DNA from: a candidate division WOR-3 bacterium
Lineage (GTDB): Bacteria; Hydrothermota; Tepidihabitantia; SM23-42; CAYGYG01
Direction of reading: 5' to 3'
Assembly: GCA_965648915.1 (NCBI GenBank)
Contig: CBFGIV010000055.1
Coordinates: 1 to 13,729, forward strand
Length of the DNA: 13,729 bases
Both the position numbers and the translations under genes were made by a program. Numbering within the stretch: position 1 is the stretch's first letter; the number at the start of each line of letters is the position of its first letter. The notes beneath the pieces were generated by a model. That model saw only the letters and a list, made by a program, of their open reading frames with translations, was not told the origin of the DNA and searched no databases. This document shows positions 1 through 7,500 of this stretch, piece by piece.

Positions 1-10
1 ATCTTTTCAT
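1..10 (-). CDS. Probable 5' end (ATG AAA AGA..., MKR...) of a divergent gene running off the left edge; product unknown
   Basis: ATG at 10-8 on the minus strand, 7 nt downstream of the -10 box of a TTGACA-N17-TATTAT promoter. Only three codons are visible. Confidence 0.45.
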
Positions 11-17
11 AATATCC

Positions 18-46
18 ATAATACGGGGAATGCCCTCTTCTGTCAA
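18..46 (-). promoter_or_regulatory. sigma70-type promoter pointing leftwards out of the window
   Basis: Minus strand: TTGACA (46-41), 17-nt spacer, TATTAT (23-18). Confidence 0.65.
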
Positions 47-106
47 TATCCCTTTTAATATCCTTATCACCTGGTTACGATGTCTAGGTCTATCTACAAA
101 TCATTA

Positions 107-134
107 TTGACATCCCACATAAACTATTTATAAT
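107..134 (+). promoter_or_regulatory. sigma70-type promoter for the 153..1808 gene
   Basis: Perfect consensus hexamers TTGACA (107-112) and TATAAT (129-134), 16-nt spacer. Confidence 0.8.
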
Positions 135-141
135 CTATCAC

Positions 142-148
142 AGGAGGT
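142..148 (+). promoter_or_regulatory. Shine-Dalgarno site
   Basis: AGGAGGT at 142-148, with the ATG at 153. Confidence 0.85.
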
Positions 149-152
149 AATT

Positions 153-1808
153 ATGATCAGGATCTTAATCTTCTCTTTGCTTACTCTATCAACAATCTTC
201 GCCGACGGCGAGGCTGGTCTATTTTATAAATTTGATGGTTCTAAAACAGCGCTGGTTTTAAAAACATCTTTAAGAAGCACCGGTGAAATAGTCGAGGTAC
301 TACCCACTCAATCGATTAATACCCGGACAAGACCGCTTGCCCCGATTCGTGACTCCGGATATATTCTCTGGGTTGATCGCAACCATCGATATGGCATCGC
401 CGAAAATATTGTGCTTTCCGGTGATGGCCATTATGTATTTGCCAACTGGTGGTTGAATAACCAGAGGGTCTCCTGCTATGATGTCCTGGGCACCGGCGCC
501 CCCCTCTGGGAATACCCGGGGACCTTTGTCTGGAACCGCGGTCAGAGTATGGGTATTTCGATGAATGGTAATGTCCTGAGTGCTCTAACCCAGACAACGG
601 TCTATAAGTGGGCAAAAGATAGCGCCAATCCCGGCTGGACCTTCAATTATTCTGGATTTACCGGAATGAGCACAATCGTCTCTGAGGACGGTTCCGTAAT
701 TGCATCGGTCGGTGAGAGTGGTAGCGATAAAAAAGTTTATGCCTTCAACGGCCAGACCGGGGAATCACTCTGGACCGCCTCGTTCACAAATAGCAAGTCC
801 ATTCAGGGGCTGGATATCTCAACCAACGGCCGGATTGTTGTGGTAACGACCTATGATACCTGTTTTGTCTTTGAAAATGGTATCCAGCGGGGCAATGCCA
901 TCCTCATCGGCAGCCCAACTTCAGGCACCCAATATCCAGCAATGATCTCAGGCGATGGCTCAGTCCTTATTACCGGTGATTATCGCGGTTATCTGCGCAA
1001 ATATAACTGGGATGGGAGCAACTATCGTCTCGCTTGGTCATACCAGTATCCTCCCGGGACGTACTACAACTGGATTTGCGGTAAAGCAATTTCCAAAGAT
1101 GGATCCAAGATATTGGTTGGCGTCCTCGATTTTGGTGATGGTTCGAACTACACCAATTCCTGCGCAATCTTTTTCGAAAGTTCGAGTAATGTGCCCAAAT
1201 GGTTCTGCCACCGGTATGGCGATATGGTCGAAGCAACCGCCCTATCAGCCAACGGAAATTACGGTGTTGCCGGCTCCTGGGGAATGTATAACAATACCTT
1301 TGGCGATGTGATAAGCGTCTTTAACACCCGTGATTCGATTCCTATCTTTTCCGTCCTCGACGATATCGATGAACCGGGCTCAATCCATACGGTTGATATC
1401 TCAAATGACGGACAATATATCTCAGCCGGTGGTAAAGCAGTCCATGCCCGCCAGGCCGGTAATGGTGGTGAGGTCTATGCAATTAAGATTGATATAACGG
1501 ATATCGATGAGAATGCAACCAGCAAACCCTCGGTCCCGATAATCCTCAATATCAGACCGAATCCATTCAACAAGAGGGTGTGTATCGAATTCCTATTAAC
1601 CGATAAGAAATATCCGATCGAATTTAAAATCTACAATGCTTCTGGCCAAGTCGTTAAATCCTTTCAACCGGTCCTACCCAAGCCACTTTATCTTATTGAT
1701 TGGGATGGAAGGGATAACAACAACCGTTTATTGCCCGACGGTGTTTACATTCTGACGCTTAAGTCCGGCAATTTCGTTAAGAACGAAAAGGTCTGTCTAA
1801 TTAGATAG
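153..1808 (+). CDS. Secreted beta-propeller (WD40/PQQ-like) protein with a C-terminal FlgD-Ig / T9SS type A sorting-like domain; probable T9SS substrate
   Basis: 551 aa with a Sec signal peptide (MIRILIFSLLTLSTIFA|D). Eight [ILV]-S-x-[DN]-G repeats (LSGDG, ISMNG, VSEDG, ISTNG, ISGDG, ISKDG, LSANG, ISNDG), then a short linker (TDIDENATSKP). The C-terminal ~85 aa read PNPFN...IYNASGQVVK...WDGRD...LPDGVYILTL...KVCLIR. Strong promoter and RBS upstream. Confidence 0.85.
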   Translation: MIRILIFSLLTLSTIFADGEAGLFYKFDGSKTALVLKTSLRSTGEIVEVLPTQSINTRTRPLAPIRDSGYILWVDRNHRYGIAENIVLSGDGHYVFANWWLNNQRVSCYDVLGTGAPLWEYPGTFVWNRGQSMGISMNGNVLSALTQTTVYKWAKDSANPGWTFNYSGFTGMSTIVSEDGSVIASVGESGSDKKVYAFNGQTGESLWTASFTNSKSIQGLDISTNGRIVVVTTYDTCFVFENGIQRGNAILIGSPTSGTQYPAMISGDGSVLITGDYRGYLRKYNWDGSNYRLAWSYQYPPGTYYNWICGKAISKDGSKILVGVLDFGDGSNYTNSCAIFFESSSNVPKWFCHRYGDMVEATALSANGNYGVAGSWGMYNNTFGDVISVFNTRDSIPIFSVLDDIDEPGSIHTVDISNDGQYISAGGKAVHARQAGNGGEVYAIKIDITDIDENATSKPSVPIILNIRPNPFNKRVCIEFLLTDKKYPIEFKIYNASGQVVKSFQPVLPKPLYLIDWDGRDNNNRLLPDGVYILTLKSGNFVKNEKVCLIR

Positions 1809-1827
1809 CTTCAGAAAAACAGGTTCG

Positions 1828-2181
1828 CTATTCGGCTGTTACCTGAAAACTAACTTTCTGGATTAAACCGTAGACGAGATCTTCGACAATTCGCTCTTCA
1901 CCATTAAGTAATAACTGAAAATGGAGGACATCGAGTATATCCAGAGTATCTTTATATGCCTCACCTTTTAGCGTCTGCCCCTTTTTAATCGTTATTACAT
2001 ATTCTCTGGGTGTATAGTCCCGGTATTGAATCTCACCGCCTTCAGGAGGAGTATATTTTAATCGGAAGGGTACAGTTTTATTGCTGGGGTTGGTCAGTCT
2101 TATTGTCACATCCGCCTCACGGGTGCAGGTAAGGCAAAAAAATACTAAGACAATACTGATTGCCAAAAGGATCTTCTTCAT
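1828..2181 (-). CDS. Hypothetical exported protein, probable lipoprotein (117 aa, beta-rich)
   Basis: Start reassigned from 2214 to ATG 2181, because AGGAGG lies at 2191-2186 and the promoter -10 (2220-2215) abuts the upstream ATG. N-terminus MKKILLAISIVLVFFCLTC has a basic n-region, a hydrophobic core and Cys19 in a lipobox-like position. Confidence 0.7.
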   Translation of the reverse strand: MKKILLAISIVLVFFCLTCTREADVTIRLTNPSNKTVPFRLKYTPPEGGEIQYRDYTPREYVITIKKGQTLKGEAYKDTLDILDVLHFQLLLNGEERIVEDLVYGLIQKVSFQVTAE

Positions 2182-2214
2182 TCTTCCTCCTGTTGATAAA
2201 AAATCATCGGTCAT

Positions 2215-2242
2215 ATACTATATATTTATATATAAAAGTCAA
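2215..2242 (-). promoter_or_regulatory. sigma70-type promoter for the small lipoprotein gene
   Basis: Minus strand: TTGACT (2242-2237), AT-rich 16-nt spacer, TAGTAT (2220-2215). Confidence 0.6.
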
Positions 2243-2247
2243 GTAAA

Positions 2248-2307
2248 GTTATAACCGGGTTATCAATTTATCGATTAATCGATAATACTGATTCGATAAT
2301 AATTATT
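2248..2307. repeat. Cluster of palindromes and short direct repeats (candidate operator region)
   Basis: Perfect 18-bp palindrome TTATCGATTAATCGATAA (2268-2285); ATAACC-G-GGTTAT (2251-2263); GTTATAAC (2248-2255); AATAATTATT (2298-2307); direct repeat TCGATAAT at 2279-2286 and 2293-2300. Confidence 0.7.
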
Positions 2308-2314
2308 CGCTTGA

Positions 2315-3466
2315 TTAATTCCCGGTCAGTTTTGGCCCTATTATACGTTTGATCAAAAGCGTCGCGTAAGAACCCGCTGGTAGACTGAATTCCAGCGCCA
2401 GACACTCTTTTCCCGAAAAATATTCATCCTTCATAACCATAACCTTATTAAAACCGGGAATAACTATCAAGGATCGATCAAAACTCTTGACCTTTATTCT
2501 CCTCGGCCATTCCAGCCTAAGGAAGCGCTGGGCCATATTCTGTTCGCTCAAGACTTCATCATAGAGATGGGCGATGAGCGTATCTTTAATTTCAGTCTTA
2601 TGGTTAATGATCGGAATATGATATTCTTTGTACCAGGCCGGGATCTTATGATAAAAGTAGAATCTACCTAAAAAATAGGAGAAATCAAAACCGTCTTTCA
2701 CAATTTTTCTCAGGAAACGCTGTGCCACTTCATTCCAGAGATATGATTGAAAGGCACTGACTAAAAACTCGATATACTGGTGATCAAAAAGATTTAAGGC
2801 CTCCTTAAAGGCATCCGGTTTTCGGGCAAGGTGGCGTAATATCCTCCGGTATCTATTCGGTGCCAGCCGGCTCAGTTTATGCCATTCACCCCAGCATTCC
2901 TGCGTCAGTCGTTTGAACTGTTTGATTTCCGCAGGATCCAATTTTAAGGGTTGGGCTATAAGCAATTTGAGTGCACCTTCATACTGACCGAGCATCAATC
3001 TCCGGGCGACAAAATCGTTAAGACCGAGTCGTGATTCAAAGCGTTGTTCGTCAAAATAATTGGGCAGACCAAATTCTTGGGCCTCATCAATATTCTCCTT
3101 GAGTCGTTCAACCTGCTTGATTTCGAGGTCACGAATCTTTATTTCAAAATCATTCCTCAAGAGGTCATTAGCACCAAGTTGATGGTCAATCTTGCCCATC
3201 AAACTTAAATCGAACCTCCGGCCGGTGTAATTTTTGGCAATGAAATGGGGCGAGGACATATACTGAAAGGTAACTGCATTACGATCTTTCAGTCCACAGA
3301 ATGACAGGGACTTGAGAGGAATCCGAAAACGGTTGGCAAGGTGGTGCTGAACATCCCAGGTGGTTAAGTTTTCCTTTTTTATTAAATAGAGGAAATAATC
3401 TCCCGAAGGTATCTTCTTCAACTCTTCACGGACAATAAAATCGCTGGGTCGATATTTTATACGCAA
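2315..3466 (-). CDS. truD: tRNA pseudouridine(13) synthase TruD
   Basis: TruD motifs: IKYRPSDFIVRE, GLKDRNAVTFQ (catalytic Asp), PNYFDEQRF, SAFQSYLWN, FSLPAGSYAT. TTG start 6 nt after the comEA stop. Confidence 0.92.
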   Translation of the reverse strand: MRIKYRPSDFIVREELKKIPSGDYFLYLIKKENLTTWDVQHHLANRFRIPLKSLSFCGLKDRNAVTFQYMSSPHFIAKNYTGRRFDLSLMGKIDHQLGANDLLRNDFEIKIRDLEIKQVERLKENIDEAQEFGLPNYFDEQRFESRLGLNDFVARRLMLGQYEGALKLLIAQPLKLDPAEIKQFKRLTQECWGEWHKLSRLAPNRYRRILRHLARKPDAFKEALNLFDHQYIEFLVSAFQSYLWNEVAQRFLRKIVKDGFDFSYFLGRFYFYHKIPAWYKEYHIPIINHKTEIKDTLIAHLYDEVLSEQNMAQRFLRLEWPRRIKVKSFDRSLIVIPGFNKVMVMKDEYFSGKECLALEFSLPAGSYATLLIKRIIGPKLTGN

Positions 3467-3472
3467 GGGAAT

Positions 3473-3796
3473 TTAATCGCAGACAACAAAATTCTCAATC
3501 TGTAATAACAATGTGCTGGTTATCCCCTTGACTTTGAGCAGGTCGCTGATCTCACGGAATTTACCGTTCTCTTTTCGATATTCGATGATCCGCCGGGCAA
3601 GGATCGGCCCGACCCCGGGCAAAAGTTCAAGTTCTTCCTGGCTTGCACGATTAATCGGAATTTTAACGGTCAACTCTTCAACTTTGAACCGGCGAAAATC
3701 ATTCCGCATCCGACTCTTTTTAATAAACAGGACAATGTTGCCAATGATAAAAGCACACACTAAAAAAATCAGGATCTTCTTTTCAGTATTGCTCAT
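3473..3796 (-). CDS. comEA: ComEA-family helix-hairpin-helix DNA-binding protein with an N-terminal membrane anchor
   Basis: N-terminal transmembrane segment (ILIFLVCAFIIGNIVLFI), then INRASQEELELLPGVGPILARRIIEYRKENGKFREISDLLKVKGI, the tandem-HhH ComEA signature. Confidence 0.88.
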   Translation of the reverse strand: MSNTEKKILIFLVCAFIIGNIVLFIKKSRMRNDFRRFKVEELTVKIPINRASQEELELLPGVGPILARRIIEYRKENGKFREISDLLKVKGITSTLLLQIENFVVCD

Positions 3797-4580
3797 AACA
3801 GATTTTTAATAAAATTTTCAAGATCAAACTTAAACTCGCTTCTGAACATTTATCCGGCGTATCCTCAAGTGTATGCCAGTGGGCGTAATCGAAATCTATG
3901 ATATTGATCGCCCTGATACCGTGTTCGATCAAAGGTATATGGTCATCAATGACAAAATATTTAACATCATCTCTGAAGACCCGACGGTTTAATTCTTTAC
4001 CAATGTGCCATATCGAATCGACCAGATCGGGGAAAAATTTATTAGAATAGCCTTCCCGGTATATTCTTAAGTCCTTATCACCAATCATATCGATCAGAAT
4101 GATAAACTCATAAGGACGATCGCAGTGGCGCGCAAAGTACTTTGAACCTAAAAGTTGGGGTTCGGGACCAAAATCTTCACCATCAAAAAAGATCAGGTCG
4201 ACACCCCTGGGCGGTGGACGCCTTCTCAATGAATCTGACAGAGCAAGCAGGACCGCAACCCCTGAGCCACCATCATTCGCACCAATTATGGGCATTAACC
4301 TTTTTTTTATCTCCTTCTCACAATCGGCCGTGGGCCGCGAATCCCAGTGGGTCGCGATGCCAATGCGCCGAATATCTGTTTTATTGAATGCGGCGATGAT
4401 GTTGTAGAAATTAATATTCTGATAGGTAAATGAGTCGATCCCGGCTGAACCCAGGCGGCGGATGATATAATCCCGGGCTTTACGGTGTGCTGCTGTGCTT
4501 GGTGCCCTCGGTCCATATTCACAAAATTCATTTAAGATCGAGAGCAACGATGTAAAGATTAGAAGAGGAATAATACCCAA
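3783..4580 (-). CDS. M28-family zinc metalloprotein, glutaminyl-peptide cyclotransferase (QC)-like
   Basis: Motifs YGPRAPSTAAH, HWDSRPTAD, GANDGGSGVA, FFDGED, IDMIGD, DDHIP, WHTLED. TTG start with AGGA 8 nt upstream. Overlaps the sprA end by 22 nt and the comEA start by 14 nt. Confidence 0.82.
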   Translation of the reverse strand: MGIIPLLIFTSLLSILNEFCEYGPRAPSTAAHRKARDYIIRRLGSAGIDSFTYQNINFYNIIAAFNKTDIRRIGIATHWDSRPTADCEKEIKKRLMPIIGANDGGSGVAVLLALSDSLRRRPPPRGVDLIFFDGEDFGPEPQLLGSKYFARHCDRPYEFIILIDMIGDKDLRIYREGYSNKFFPDLVDSIWHIGKELNRRVFRDDVKYFVIDDHIPLIEHGIRAINIIDFDYAHWHTLEDTPDKCSEASLSLILKILLKICYEQY

Positions 4581-7500
4581 AAGTTTAATCCTATTACATT
4601 GGTTGTTTGACTTGTCAAATTATTCTTATTCTGTGCATAATCGAGATCCGAACCACCATTGATGCTCGAGGAGAATTGATAGGAAAGACCAAGCCGGCTG
4701 CTGAAAGTTGATACATCATTTATTCGATTTACTGATTCCTGGAGCCACTCGACATGCTTGCTGTATCCAGCTGTCACATTGATACTTAAAGTGGAGGTAA
4801 AACGAATATAACGTAGAACCGGAAAATTAATCCCGGTCGGTGCACTGAATGAATAAGCCAGTGATGCATCGAGTGACTGGGTTTTGTGATTCCGTCGGTA
4901 TTCACCCTGATCATAACTTATCGAATAACCCTGGGAATGCCGGAATTCGATCGATGAATTTACACCTTTCTTCCAGTTCAACTGCCAGGAAGCGAGGGGT
5001 GAGAAATCATAGGTCCTGGTTAACTCGACAATCTTCAGTGCCGAATCCGATTTAAACTCACCCCGCTTTTCGACCACCTGGTTGAAAGCAGTATTGATCG
5101 AGGAACTGTTGACATATTTACTTAAAAAAGGTAGCCGCTCAACCTGACCAATTGATATCGACAGATCCGGATACTCATCGGTTATGGTCTTGGTATTATT
5201 GGTAGCATAAGCATAATTGGTGCCGATACTTTTATTATAACCAAATGCAATATTAAAAGCGGAAATACTAAGGCCCGAACTGGTATTGAGATTATTCCGT
5301 ATCGCCCGGTTCTGTAATGAGGGATTTTTTAAGAATTCAGCCGGCAGGGTATCGATCAGTCCAAACTGGTAACGAGATGAGGGCCTCGCCTTCACCATCT
5401 GATAACTCGACGACCTTGAATGGATGAAAGAGAACGATGGATCACGAATCTGATTCGAGAATCTCTCAATCTGACTCAGAACCCACTGGGGTGATCCTAC
5501 CAGCACCAGTGTATCTTTAGATTCATCACGCAGCCGGCATAAACTCTTCAAGACCTTTCCCAGTTCAAGCCCACTGCTAACCGAGTAATCGCTACTGTTA
5601 CCAACATTACGCAAATTCTCAGGTGTTCTAATCGCAAAACTGTGATCTTCATTATAGCCACCACGGAGCGCGATGGTTGGCGAGATAATAAATAAATTCT
5701 GGGCGACAGTCACACCCGCACCCTGGTTACGGGAAACCTCTTCACCAAACCGTCGGCGACTGGAGACCGAGTCCCTAACCTGGGAGAAACTATAATTAGT
5801 ATTGATAATCTGATGGGGTGAATAGGAAAGAGAAAAAGATGGCGATAAAAGACGACTGCGGAACGGACGGCTATTCCTTCGATAGGGATCATTCATATTT
5901 CTTCTTGAGAATGTCGTAGAATAGTTATCATTATATCCGGTCTGAAAATTTATTGACTGCGGCGCCAGGGAAAATCTTTCCCGTCCAACACTGAAGCCGA
6001 TCTTAGGATCAAGTCGATAACCACCCCTTAAACCAAATTGACGGGTAGAATCGAGTGTGGTTATTGTCCGATTGGTGGACTTACTCAGATCACCACTCAG
6101 TGACAGATTGTCAAAGGTATATCGGGTAAGCCAGTGGCGGGAATTTGACTTTGCAAAGGAGAATCCATATCGGTCACTGCGACTCGATGTGCGTTGTTCT
6201 TTGGCCTCAACCGAGGACAACTCCAGATCTTCTGAAAAATAGGCAAATCGGGGATCACTCTGGGACTGGCTATGGCTGTAGGAAAGAGGTATACTGAAAT
6301 GCCAGCGGTCGAGAAGAATTTTATTCAGATTTACCGTTGAAGAAAAGTTTAAACTCTTACTTTCCCCACTCAATCCGATACCTTTACTTTCAGAGAGCCG
6401 CTTAAAGCGGCCATTCGATTCGCTCAACCCTAAATTAAAACTGGCGAGATCAGCCATCGTCAGCCCAACCGACCCCTGACTGATGCGTCCCACTTCTGAC
6501 TTGGGACTCGACAGGCGAATATCATTTACCCAGATCGTATCGCTCAATAACTCATCGTCCTGATTGCGAATCGCAATCTGAAAAAATCGAACCGCGGAAA
6601 TACTTGGATTACCCATAACCATATAATTACCCTGAACCGCAATACTGTCACCTTCGGTAATTCTCTTAAGATCGATAAAATCTTTAAGGCTCATCTTGAT
6701 CTCGCGATAGTCATTATATCCCTTTGGCACTGAATTGGCATAACTGGTATACTGATAGTAATTTGCACTATCACTGCCAAAGCGAATAGAGATCAATGGA
6801 TTGCTCCGCTTGGTATGGATGAGGAAGGAGATCGTGTCGTATTCACGATAATCTTCTGCTTCATCGGTCGGGCGGTAGGCAATCGCCTCATGATATCTCT
6901 GCAGATTACGAATCCTGAATTCCAGCGCCCCTTCACTCCGCAGACGCCCGAATTCATCGCGGAGCAGTGGATAGGGTGGCTTGTAGTAAGTATGGGTCCG
7001 GGTATTGACCGGTGAAAGAACAAACTCTTCGGTGGAGTCGTGGGGTGGCGGAAAACGGGAAACAATCCCTTTATTCTGCCAGCGACTGCCTACCGCCGAG
7101 ATTGTATAGATGGTCAGAGTTTCCGGTCCGTTAAAACCATCCAACCAGATCCTGAAGTAATAGATATGTTCCCAGTTCGGCGAGGCAGCCGAATATACGG
7201 TATCCCGATTCAGTGAGTCTTTGATCGGGATGCGGAACATCTTCCAGCCTGGTTGTAATTCAGCATTGGCAATGAGATACCTGGTCGAGTCGAGGTCAAT
7301 TGAATAAGAATAATAGGCATTATCCTGTAAAAAGCCGGTGTCGTGATTGATATCCTCGGTGTCGTATATGCCATTATTTTCTGTACCGTTTTTCTTGGTA
7401 ATCTCTTCGCTAAAATCATCATTACCATCATCACCGGGTGCATTTGGGTCGGTTCCATAAACACCGTCTAAACCAGTATCTTCGGAGGAACGGTCCCAGG

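Noticed and set aside
316..1311. Alternative-frame and antisense ORFs at 316-615, 955-1311 and 970-1236
   Set aside because: They lie wholly inside a well-supported gene and have no recognisable motifs.
1540..1808. Calling the first gene a flagellar hook-capping protein (FlgD)
   Set aside because: Only the small Ig-like C-terminal domain resembles FlgD. The protein has a Sec signal and a propeller, and there are no flagellar genes nearby.
1809..1827. Bidirectional terminator between the convergent genes
   Set aside because: The 19-nt gap has no GC-rich stem-loop with a U-tract.
2182..2214. Longer 128-aa version of the small ORF starting at ATG 2214
   Set aside because: That ATG abuts the predicted -10 box and has no SD. 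ATG 2181 has AGGAGG and gives a proper MKK-type signal peptide.
2248..2310. CRISPR repeat, IS end or MITE interpretation of the palindrome cluster
   Set aside because: No repeat-spacer periodicity, no transposase, and no paired terminal inverted repeats or target-site duplication.
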